The notes under the pieces are model-generated. The model did no database searches and had not been told where the DNA came from. It worked only from the letters and a program-made list of their open reading frames with translations. The position numbers and the translations under genes are program-made. A stretch of 64,000 nucleotides of DNA, from the NCBI GenBank assembly GCA_050331735.1, contig JBHJGN010000019.1:64001-128000 (forward strand). Direction: 5' to 3'. Shown here piece after piece: positions 20,890 to 29,926 of this stretch (the stretch's first letter is position 1; every line of letters begins with the position of its first letter). The stretch is from Cyanophyceae cyanobacterium (GTDB lineage: Bacteria; Cyanobacteriota; Cyanobacteriia; Cyanobacteriales; JBHJGN01).

Positions 20890-20919
20890 AAAGCACCGTC
20901 TTTAACGCGGTGCTTTTTT
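20890..20919. terminator. Hairpin terminator between convergent genes
   Basis: AAAGCACCG-tctttaacg-CGGTGCTTTTTT. Confidence 0.65.
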
Positions 20920-20933
20920 GGTGAGCGAGATGC

Positions 20934-21680
20934 TCAAACGGCTGCGGGAGATTTAGCTTCGTAGTAGCGATTGGCAATATTGCCAAGAGTATAGAACATA
21001 CCGGCATTGGTCGCTGCTCCGTAAACAGCCCCCACAACCGGCAAGATTTCAATAATTCCCAACCCTCCCTTGAAAACGCCGGAACTCCCTATTGCTAAAG
21101 CGAGCATGGCAGCGACTTCCCCGCGACGAGCATCCGCCGTGAGATTTAAGCCGTAGGCTGCCGCAATTTCATAAATCATTTCGGCCTGCATTTTCGAGAG
21201 CGCGGCTAGCTCTAATCCAAGGAGAGCGATCGCCACTGGCGGTACCACGTTCGTCGCCAGACCAATCCCGCCAGCGGATAAGGCTTTCTGAATAATCAGG
21301 CGCTGAGCAATTTCGCTTGGAGTTGCTCGCGGGTACTCAAGCTGAAGCTTCGTCACGGCTTGCTGAGTTTTCTCGATATCAGCTTCCCCGAGCAGCGTTC
21401 GCACCCAGTCAGCGCCTAGATTGTCGGTTAGGAACTGGAGGACAGAATTTTGGGACAGGGAAGAGAGAGTCCGTCCAGCTCCTTCAGTGGCTTGCTCTAC
21501 GAAAGGCTGAGTGACTTGAACCGTTGTTTTACTAATCGTTTCCACGGCCTCGCCCACTGCCGCTGCTGTCTGAGACGCTGTCGCAACGGCTTCTTCTACC
21601 GCTTTGGCTGCCTCTGCAAAGAGGGTTTGCTCGTCGAATAACTGGCTCAGTGAGAGCTGGTGTGGAAGTGAATCTTGCAT
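20934..21680 (-). CDS. EcsC/DUF697-like protein
   Basis: YPRATPSEIAQRLI..KAL.AGGIG, QAEMIYEIAAAYGLNL...RRGE, ILPVVGAVYGAATNA. Confidence 0.75.
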   Translation of the reverse strand: MQDSLPHQLSLSQLFDEQTLFAEAAKAVEEAVATASQTAAAVGEAVETISKTTVQVTQPFVEQATEGAGRTLSSLSQNSVLQFLTDNLGADWVRTLLGEADIEKTQQAVTKLQLEYPRATPSEIAQRLIIQKALSAGGIGLATNVVPPVAIALLGLELAALSKMQAEMIYEIAAAYGLNLTADARRGEVAAMLALAIGSSGVFKGGLGIIEILPVVGAVYGAATNAGMFYTLGNIANRYYEAKSPAAV

Positions 21681-21880
21681 AGAAGGCGATCGCGCAATTT
21701 ACTGTCCTGTTTTTACTCCATTCAGCAGTAAAACCGCACTATCTAAAGACAGAAATGTAGCGGTTCTCGCTGGCTCAGTCTTCTCAATGGATGAGTTACA
21801 ACTCACTGAGCCATTGCTTTCTAAAACCGAATAAGATGGCTAGTTGTGAGCTTTCACCTAAATTGAGAAATCCGATTTCC

Positions 21881-23236
21881 ATGAAACGAGTGCGTCCTTT
21901 AATGAGGTTTTTTGTCTTGATGTTAATCGCAGCAATCATACTGGTTGCTCCGGCTGTCTCTCAAGAAGCGCCAGGCTCGGCTCCTACCGCCTCTACAACC
22001 GACGACGGCGCTTACTTTGCAGACGTGTTAGTGAGAGGAAAACCAGTCTTTGAAATCGGGAGCCTAGCCAATCTCAGCGCCAGCGATCGCGCCCGCATCA
22101 TTAACCGCCGGATTGCGAGTCTGCTTTCTCAAGGAGGTGAGATTGCATCGGTAGAGACGGTTCCAGACGAGCCTCGCGGCATTGCCAAACTCCAGGTCAA
22201 CAATCGCGTGATTATGACCGTCACAGAGCAGGATGCCCAGGATTTTGGCGTTGATGGTGATGTCGAGGCGTTAGCGAACCGCTGGAGCGAACGACTCAAT
22301 CAGGAACTCGATCAGCCGCCACTAGCTATTGATGTTGGCCAGCGCCTCTACGGCACTGTCCGTCAGCTCCTGCGAGATTTGGTTATTAACCTCCCTTCGC
22401 TGCTCGGCGCGGCGATCGTGGTGCTCTTGACGTGGATTGTTGCTAGGGTAGTCCGCTTTATTGCTTTCAGATGGGCGCAACAAACCGAGGGAGATAGCAG
22501 TACGGAAATTTTAATCGGACGGCTGGGCTATGGGGGAGTTTGGGTACTAGGAAGCGTTATCGCTCTGGGCGTTCTTGGTCTTGATGTTGGCGCTTTACTC
22601 GGAGCGCTAGGACTCACCAGCGTTGCTATCGGTTTTAGCCTTAAAGATGTTTTGAGTAACTACATCTCCGGCGTAATTTTGTTGGCGGCAAGACCGTTTG
22701 GGATTAACGATCAGGTCGTAATCGGTGATTACGAGGGCACGATTACGCAGATCCAACTGCGGGCAACCACCATGAAAACCTACGACGGTCGCTTAGTATA
22801 CATTCCCAACCAGGAAGTGTTTCAAGCCAGCATCATCAACAATACGGCTTCTCCTCGTCGCCGCAGTTCAGTGATGGTAGGGATCGATTACGGAGCAGAT
22901 GTCGCAGAAGCCATACAGGTCATTATGAAAGCTTTACAGTCCGTCCAACAGGTCGAGCAAAAGCCCGCAGCAGACGTTTTGGTGCAGGAATTAGCAGCGA
23001 GTACAGTCAATTTAGAAGTTCGCTTTTGGGTAGATTCTCGACGTGCTGGTTTTCTGGCTACTACCTCTCAAGTGGCCCAGGCCATTAAAGAGTCTCTAGA
23101 AGCCGCTGCGATTGATATGCCAACCGATATCTATACCTTAATATTTCGTAACTCTCCACCTCAAATTGGAGACGAAATTAAGAAAGTGCTGACAGACTCG
23201 CAAGTTTCTCTCTTCGAGGGCAACTCGTCCAAGTAA
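21881..23236 (+). CDS. mscS: Small-conductance mechanosensitive channel with periplasmic N-terminal domain
   Basis: GALGLTSVAIGFSLKDVLSNYISG, RPFGINDQV, LRATTMKTYDGRLVYIPN; ATG 21881 preferred. Confidence 0.9.
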   Translation: MKRVRPLMRFFVLMLIAAIILVAPAVSQEAPGSAPTASTTDDGAYFADVLVRGKPVFEIGSLANLSASDRARIINRRIASLLSQGGEIASVETVPDEPRGIAKLQVNNRVIMTVTEQDAQDFGVDGDVEALANRWSERLNQELDQPPLAIDVGQRLYGTVRQLLRDLVINLPSLLGAAIVVLLTWIVARVVRFIAFRWAQQTEGDSSTEILIGRLGYGGVWVLGSVIALGVLGLDVGALLGALGLTSVAIGFSLKDVLSNYISGVILLAARPFGINDQVVIGDYEGTITQIQLRATTMKTYDGRLVYIPNQEVFQASIINNTASPRRRSSVMVGIDYGADVAEAIQVIMKALQSVQQVEQKPAADVLVQELAASTVNLEVRFWVDSRRAGFLATTSQVAQAIKESLEAAAIDMPTDIYTLIFRNSPPQIGDEIKKVLTDSQVSLFEGNSSK

Positions 23237-23524
23237 CCTCCTATAAAAGTTGTTGCGAGCCAGCCAGGAACTTCTTAGACTTTGGCTTTTCCCTGTTTTC
23301 CTGGTTCTAGTCATTAGCGACTTTTTCTTGACAAGAAGTTGGTTTCTATTGCAAAAAAAATCTTCTATCAAAAGTCAGATATTAGTAAAAAATTAACTGC
23401 AACAGGATAGGCAAATTAGCTATTACAGCTAACATTAATCTCTACCTGAAGTGGAGGCTAGTTAAGGAAGATAATCAGATAAAATAGAAACAAACAAATT
23501 ACATAAAGTATAGAGGAAAACAAC

Positions 23525-23800
23525 ATGATTGGTAATCTTATCGCTTGGTTAGTTTTAGGTTTAATTGCTGGTGCGTTAGCAAAACTAATTTACCCTGGTC
23601 ACCAAGGCGGCGGTATTATCGCTACGATTGGCTTAGGCGTTTTAGGCGCTCTTGTTGGTGGCTTTCTAGGTAGAGCCTTGCTTGGGACCGGCGGGGGAGC
23701 GGCAGCCGGAGTTCTATCAATTCCTAGCATCATTTTTGCTATTATCGGCGCCATCGTCTTAATTTTCATCTGGGGTTTATTGACTCGCAGAACAACCTAG
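23525..23800 (+). CDS. GlsB/YeaQ/YmgE family stress-response membrane protein
   Basis: IAWLVLGLIAGALAKLIYPG..GGGIIATIGLGVLGALVGG; GAGG RBS. Confidence 0.92.
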   Translation: MIGNLIAWLVLGLIAGALAKLIYPGHQGGGIIATIGLGVLGALVGGFLGRALLGTGGGAAAGVLSIPSIIFAIIGAIVLIFIWGLLTRRTT

Positions 23801-24476
23801 TTTTTACCACACTGCAGGGCGTTGCTACCAATCGTAAGGCTAGCTTAATCTAAGCTAGGTTATCATTGGCCGTGAACGACTAACGCCCGACGTTTATTTC
23901 CCCTAATCATCATTATTTAGTCTTCCGTTCTACAGCAGTACAGAAGCAAGGTAGAGTCTGGAGGCTCGACTAGTTAACGATAAAAGGAAAAGAAACTGTG
24001 GGAGCAGAATTTCTGCTCCTCTGTTATTAGATGTCTTGTTAGATGCTATATTGATGCTTTTGTGAAGCCCGAACTGACTTAACTAATGATATTTTCATTG
24101 TTAGCTGAAGCGTAGAAGGCACTGGGCTAATCAACAATTATAAACTGTCAGCTCTCTTGCTCTTCTCGGTTAACGAAAATGAGAAACGCTAACGAAATTT
24201 TACGTCAGCAGTTAAAAAGATAAGGCTAGGGAAGTACGGCACAGTCGACTAGCTTCTGTCGTTAGTAGGATGAACGAGGTGCAGCTATTTTTTTAATCTA
24301 TAGGCGGGTGGTAACAAACTAAGCAAGATAAGAGATTAAAACGCGCTTGCAATCATGTCGTATAAATCAAAAATCTACTAGCCTAACTTTGACACGTTTG
24401 TTGATAAGTATCAGCTTCAACGTAGTTTGTTGGCACTACCCTGCGAGTATAGATAAGAATTAAAGGAGAATTATAG

Positions 24477-25310
24477 ATGAGAGCTGAACTAGCCAGAATT
24501 AAGGACTACTACCCAAACTACAAAGACGAAGTGTTTGGCGGAGAAGACATTATTGGATACAGTGTCTACAGTGACAATAACGACAAAATCGGAGAAGTCC
24601 ACGACATTATCGTAGATGATACTGGACGTTTGCGTTATTTCGTCATCGATACCGGATTTTGGGTCTTTGGGAAAAAAGTCCTGTTACCTATCGGCAGAGC
24701 TAAGACCGATTTCAATCAAAACCGCATCTATGCGACAGGAATGACGGAAGAACAGGCCAAGAATTTGCCAGAGTACAATGAGAACACCGCTCTTGATTAC
24801 GATTACGAAGAGAGAGTGAGGGGGGCGTATAGAACGCCAGCAACTCAGCCTACTCGGACTAGCTACAGCCGTGAGAATTATAGCTACGATTACGATCCTA
24901 GTCTTTACGACCTGAACGAAGCTGACCACTCTACGCTCAGGCTGTACGAGGAAAGGTTGGTTGCCAACAAGAATCGCTACAAAGCTGGTGAAGTTGCCGT
25001 TGGCAAAAGAGTTGAAACGGAAACGGCTCAAGTGGCTGTCCCGGTAGAAAAGGAAAGAGTTGTGATCGAACGCACTAACCCGACCGATACGACTCCAGTT
25101 GCTCCTGGTTCCACCGACTTCCGCGAAGGGGAAGTGGCTCGTGTGGAAGTGTATGAAGAAACGGCTGAAGTTAACAAGCAAGCTTTTGTTCGGGAAGAGG
25201 TTAGCGTCAGAAAAGAGGTAGACCGAGACACCGTTACGGCCAAAGAGCAAATTCGCCGCGAAGAACTAGAGGTAGATGTAGACGGTAAGCCCAACGTCAA
25301 AGACGTCTAG
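24477..25310 (+). CDS. PRC-barrel + DUF2382 (YsnF/AvaK-like) protein
   Basis: RYFVIDTGFWVFGKKVLLPIG, LRLYEERLVANK, KQAFVREEV.VRKE; AAGGAG RBS. Confidence 0.92.
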   Translation: MRAELARIKDYYPNYKDEVFGGEDIIGYSVYSDNNDKIGEVHDIIVDDTGRLRYFVIDTGFWVFGKKVLLPIGRAKTDFNQNRIYATGMTEEQAKNLPEYNENTALDYDYEERVRGAYRTPATQPTRTSYSRENYSYDYDPSLYDLNEADHSTLRLYEERLVANKNRYKAGEVAVGKRVETETAQVAVPVEKERVVIERTNPTDTTPVAPGSTDFREGEVARVEVYEETAEVNKQAFVREEVSVRKEVDRDTVTAKEQIRREELEVDVDGKPNVKDV

Positions 25311-25336
25311 AGCGGCTGATTTCTCCAGACGATCGA

Positions 25337-25363
25337 AAGCAGAGTCCGCCATAGACTCTGCTT
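25337..25363 (+). terminator. Hairpin after the first DUF2382 gene
   Basis: AAGCAGAGTC-cgccata-GACTCTGCTT. Confidence 0.55.
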
Positions 25364-25564
25364 CGAGGTACGAGGAAAGCATTCATAGAACTGGCTTGAG
25401 TGCGCTCAACGCAGCGCCTAGAAACGCTTCGAGGTGAAGCTTTATGTTCTGAGAATGTTCAAGTCCCTCAGCTAAGTGCGACTCTCCATCATTGGTCAGA
25501 TGAACAGCTTGTCCGTCGTTTCTACTATTTTTACTAAACGTCATTTATTGGGAATATACAACTT

Positions 25565-26434
25565 ATGTCTCTAGTTAAAATTGCTGATTATTATCCAGAC
25601 TACAAAAGCAGAGTATTTGATGGCGAAGATGTTATTGGGTACAGCGTTTACAACGAGAAAGAGGAAAAGCTCGGGGACGTCCATGAAATTCTTCTAGACG
25701 AACAGGGACGCTTCCGCTACTTTGTCATTGATACAGGCTTTTGGATCTTTGGGAAAAAGGTGCTGATGCCAGTGGGCCGAACTCGCATGGATTTTGCTCG
25801 TCGTCGGGTTTATGCAATGGGAATGACCCACGAGCAAGCAGAAGCTCTCCCAGAATATCGTGAAAATACGGTTGTCGATTACGACTACGAAGAGCAGGTC
25901 AGAGAAACTTACCGTCCTAGCGTTGCTCAAACCGATCGCCCGACAGCATCTACTGGAGAAGGGGTCGGAACGAGCCGCCGTGAACCCACTCGTGACAACT
26001 ACAGCTACGATGATGACCCAGACCTCTATGGCCTCAACGAGCAGAATCATGAAAAGCTAAAGCTATACGAAGAGCGTTTAGTGGCGGATAAAGACCGCTA
26101 TAAAGCTGGTGAAGTTTCCGTGGGCAAGAGAGTTGAAACAGAAACAGCAGAGGTTTCCGTTCCGGTCGAAAAAGAACGGGTCGTCATTGAGCGTAAATCC
26201 CCAACTGATGCTACACCAACAACGCCAGGAACGGCTGATTTTAGGGAAGGAGAAGTAGCTCGTATGGAGGTTTATGAAGAATCGGCTGATGTCGAAAAAC
26301 AAGCCTTTGTTCGGGAGGAAGTTAAAGTTAGAAAAGAGGTAGACCGAGAAACTGTTGCAACCGAGGAAACGGTCCGTCGAGAAGAGTTAGACGTTGATGT
26401 AGTAGAAGGAAAGCCGAACGTCAAAGACCTGTAA
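25565..26434 (+). CDS. PRC-barrel + DUF2382 (YsnF/AvaK-like) protein, tandem paralogue
   Basis: Same motifs as 24477..25310 with high visible similarity. Confidence 0.92.
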   Translation: MSLVKIADYYPDYKSRVFDGEDVIGYSVYNEKEEKLGDVHEILLDEQGRFRYFVIDTGFWIFGKKVLMPVGRTRMDFARRRVYAMGMTHEQAEALPEYRENTVVDYDYEEQVRETYRPSVAQTDRPTASTGEGVGTSRREPTRDNYSYDDDPDLYGLNEQNHEKLKLYEERLVADKDRYKAGEVSVGKRVETETAEVSVPVEKERVVIERKSPTDATPTTPGTADFREGEVARMEVYEESADVEKQAFVREEVKVRKEVDRETVATEETVRREELDVDVVEGKPNVKDL

Positions 26435-26510
26435 ACTGAAAGTAAACCATTGCAGACAGGGCAGGTGGAGAATGCTTTCTACCTGCCTCTATTTAAAAAA
26501 AGGGTTAAAA

Positions 26511-26993
26511 ATGCCTGACAACGACAATATTACCAACGAACTGATCGCAGTCAATACAGACAGTACGCTGCCAGCCGAGCCTCAAGTTATCGAAACAGAA
26601 ACCATTCGTCTTCTTGAGGAGCAGCTTGTCGTTGACCGACATAAGCAAAAAGTGGGCGAAATTATTGTTCGTAAAGTCGTAGAAACACGCCTGGTAGAAG
26701 TACCAGTTCGTAGTGAAAAGCTAATCGTGGAGCAGCTTGGTCCTGAAAATAGGCAGCTTGCTGAAATTAAACTTGGGGAAGGCACGATTTCTGGAGTGGA
26801 AGACTCTAGGACAGCGGCCCGCGACCGCGTCAGCGGTGATTTTTTTTCGCTAGAAGCAGCTAGTAATCTCCTACGAGCGATCGCCACCCAAAGAAGGCAT
26901 GGATGCAAACGGGTGCGGATTGAGCTCGTGCTTGACGACGAACACCGTCAGCCAGAATACCAGGAAATGTTCGATCGCTGCACGAAAAGGTAA
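26511..26993 (+). CDS. DUF2382 domain protein
   Basis: TIRLLEEQLVVDRHKQKVGEIIVRKVVETRLVEVPVRSEKLIVEQ; ATG 26511. Confidence 0.85.
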   Translation: MPDNDNITNELIAVNTDSTLPAEPQVIETETIRLLEEQLVVDRHKQKVGEIIVRKVVETRLVEVPVRSEKLIVEQLGPENRQLAEIKLGEGTISGVEDSRTAARDRVSGDFFSLEAASNLLRAIATQRRHGCKRVRIELVLDDEHRQPEYQEMFDRCTKR

Positions 26994-27231
26994 TAATATT
27001 ATCTCTGGACAGTCAAGCGATAGATGCGGTGTCGGGAAAATACTTCCTATCGGAACGGGGAAAGGGGAAAGGTTTCAGCTCTTTTGTGTTTGTGTAGCAT
27101 CACCATTGAGAAATGGTATGAGGAAAAGCCGCTTTCGGGGTGGGAAAAGGAAAAAGCCCATGAATGATACAGCTTGTTCCTTAACACTGTGTTCTAGATC
27201 CTCCCGCACCGGGCAGTTTTCTCCTTCCCCG

Positions 27232-28560
27232 TTACTGAAATCCTTTTGCTTTCTTCTTTTTCTTGCCTTTCGACTTTGATTTATGGACTTGGGCTACCGC
27301 TGCTTCAAACAGATTATGTAGATGGAGCGGTACGCTAGCCGTTTCTGGCAGTTCTGGCTCACTGGGTTTTCCGTATTCCAGCAGCAGAGGCTCCAAGTCT
27401 CGCTCTAGGCTAAATTCAGGACGAGCTAACGTTGTTTGTAAGGCTCGCTCTAGGGCATCGTGGTACGACTCCTTGAGCTGTTGCCAGATATAAAAATTGA
27501 TCGTTGGGTCTTGTAGATACTTGCGCACCAAGTCAGGATTAATCGGCTGACTATCGTCTTTAGCGGTCAGCGTCGATACAAACTGGGCATAGGTAGGAAT
27601 AAACATCTGTCCCCAGCGCGGGTGAGAGAAGGAGGTCACGTGCTCAGCGTTTTTGATCTCGGGCGGGAGATCAATTTTAGGAGTGACCATTGGTGAAGAT
27701 AAAGCCCCTTCAACGGCCTGAGCGACGGTATCAGAGCTTTCTCCCGATTCAGCCGCAGCGGCGGTGGTCAATTCTTCGGCGTCAACTCCCGCCTCCTGCG
27801 CTACCTCTTGAAGAGATTTAGAACCATCGATCCCCGCGGCAGCAAGACGCTTATGGCTCATAATCTGCTGTAGTTCTGCTAGCTGTTTATTCAATTCGTA
27901 TCCAGAAAGCGTCAGGCGATCGCTCCCAAAAAAATCGACAAACTCTTGATGAAACTGCGCCACCGAATCCCAGGCCTGCTCCAGCAGTTCAGGTGCATCG
28001 CTATAGAGTTGCCCCCGGTAGTTCTCCTTAAATTCCCCAATAGCCACGGCTAACTTAGGTTTACCTAATTTCCCCTTCAAAATACACGGACTAAACATCC
28101 ACTCGCTCTCCGAAATTGGGGTCATCCTCGTCAGAATAATTTCCCCGCTTCCTAGTCTCTTCAGCTCATCTTCAGGAATATTGTCAGCAAAAGCAGTGTA
28201 GCGTTTGGCAGTCAGCCAGTTCATCAGCGTAAACCCTTGAGGGAGGGTTTCAACAATTTCAAACAACCCCGTGAAGCTGCGCTGCCAGTCGTTGAGAAGA
28301 GTACGCGCTGCTGCGGTAAGTTTAGCTTGTTCGCTATATAGCTCAACAGGCGTTCTGTCTCCCACCTGCCCTTGAGTTAAAAAGGTATCAACAACGATGC
28401 TTTGAATTTTAGAGTCGTAGCGATCGCAGTTCGCGTATTCTGCGACAAAGGTTTCAAGGGCAACGGCTATCTCTCCTTCTGCATTGTAAACCCAGTCGAT
28501 CAAATCCTGTTTAAGTGCTTGTGCCTGTTCTATCGTCACAGTTATTATTGAATAAGCCAA
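27232..28560 (-). CDS. Conserved hypothetical protein with Lys-rich KKKAKGF tail
   Basis: 442-aa uninterrupted ORF; SFTGLFEI, LMNWLT, SHPRWGQ blocks; start uncertain (TTG). Confidence 0.75.
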   Translation of the reverse strand: MAYSIITVTIEQAQALKQDLIDWVYNAEGEIAVALETFVAEYANCDRYDSKIQSIVVDTFLTQGQVGDRTPVELYSEQAKLTAAARTLLNDWQRSFTGLFEIVETLPQGFTLMNWLTAKRYTAFADNIPEDELKRLGSGEIILTRMTPISESEWMFSPCILKGKLGKPKLAVAIGEFKENYRGQLYSDAPELLEQAWDSVAQFHQEFVDFFGSDRLTLSGYELNKQLAELQQIMSHKRLAAAGIDGSKSLQEVAQEAGVDAEELTTAAAAESGESSDTVAQAVEGALSSPMVTPKIDLPPEIKNAEHVTSFSHPRWGQMFIPTYAQFVSTLTAKDDSQPINPDLVRKYLQDPTINFYIWQQLKESYHDALERALQTTLARPEFSLERDLEPLLLEYGKPSEPELPETASVPLHLHNLFEAAVAQVHKSKSKGKKKKKAKGFQ

Positions 28561-28621
28561 CCCTTCTAGATTAACGAGAAGAGAGCAAAATCAGACGATC
28601 TTTAAGCCCTGTGCAAGCTGT

Positions 28622-28885
28622 TCAATTAAACCCTTTCCCCTTTCCCCTCTTCCCCTTCCCCACCGCCCCGCGACTATGATTTAATTCCATCGGTACGTCT
28701 GCTAACGCTTCATCCGGCAAAACGTAAGAAGAGGCAATCAGCTTCTCGTCCCAGTCCACAATCTCCGGGTAGCGAATCCCTGGTAATATTTGTACTGCAA
28801 AGATCTCCTGCACCGCTTCCTCAAACCTCAGAAAAGCCACTGTTTGACCCGTTTGCAAATTAACAACCCATACGCCACTTCTGGC
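28622..28885 (-). pseudogene. 3' remnant of a TIGR03032/DUF4915 family gene
   Basis: GVWVVNLQTGQTVAFLRFEEAVQEIFAVQILPGIRYPE...SYVLPDEALADVP resembles the C-terminus of this family; 5' part absent. Confidence 0.7.
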
Positions 28886-29792
28886 AACCAAGACGGGGGG
28901 ATTCTTGCTTCCGCTAGTGGATACGGAAGGCTAAATGCGACAATAAACCAGCAGCACCATCACAGGGAACCAGGCACAGGAAGGAGGCGGCATTCTTAAT
29001 GAATCTGCTTCGGTTACTGTTGAAAATAGCGAAATTTCAGACAACGAAGCCGAGCGAGGCGGCGGTATCTTTAGCGAGGGCATCGTCGTGCGCGCGAGCA
29101 TATTCTATGCTGCCGAAAAAGGTGAAATAACAGTAGAAAACAGCACGATTTCTGGAAATACAGCCAATGACGTCGGTGGCGGGGTCTATAACGACGATGG
29201 CTTTTTAGAACTGAATAACAGCACAGTTTCTGGGAATACAGCAGATAATGGCGGCAGCGGCATTGTTACCTTGAGTTCAACAATTACCATATCTTATGGT
29301 GGTGGCAGCTATTATTACGTCCTGTACCCCGGTGGAACGGAAATTCGCAATACAATTATTGCTGCCAATGATAACAATACAGATGTTGAGGGCGATGTAG
29401 AAGGTCGCTTTAACCTCGTTTGTTGAGGGCGATGTAGAAGGTCGCTTTAACCTCGTTGGTAATGGAGACGGAGTGGCAAGCTTTGTTGATGGAGAAAACG
29501 GTAATATTGTCGGCACGTCAGCTAAGACCCGCTCCTCGGTCCCCTACAGGATAACGGTGGTCCGACCCGAACTCAGGCTCTCCTGCTCGGCAGTCCAGCC
29601 TTCAATACCGGAGATCCTAACTTTACGCCGCCGCCCTTTACCGACCAGCGAGGCTTTGAGCGGGTACTTTTCGAGCGTGTTGATATGGGAGCGGTAGAAG
29701 CAGTGCCTGGACCGGAAGCAACTCTGGGATGGATACTAGGACTAGTCGCTCTCGGGGCTGCCCGTCACTACAGGCGGCGAAGCTCGCATTAA
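28880..29792 (+). pseudogene. Frameshifted 3' remnant of a beta-helix (GGGI repeats) / choice-of-anchor Q protein with a VPGP PEP-CTERM-like tail
   Basis: STITGNQAQEGGGI, STISGNTANDVGGGV; then [25 protein letters not shown]...DQRG...[37 protein letters not shown] across several frames. Confidence 0.8.
29384..29457. repeat. Perfect 37-bp tandem duplication
   Basis: TGTTGAGGGCGATGTAGAAGGTCGCTTTAACCTCGTT at 29384-29420 and 29421-29457. Confidence 0.95.
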
Positions 29793-29926
29793 AAGAAATA
29801 GAGGTAACAGCGCTTGGACAATCAGCAGGCTTAGATGTGTTTGATTACATCTAGAGGGGGAGAATGCTGCTGGCGTTCTCCAAATACAGTAGTAAGGTGA
29901 AGCCCAAAACTTACAGAAAACACACC

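Noticed and set aside
29384..29457. 37-bp direct repeat as a CRISPR repeat
   Set aside because: Two abutting copies with no spacer, inside a decayed coding sequence.
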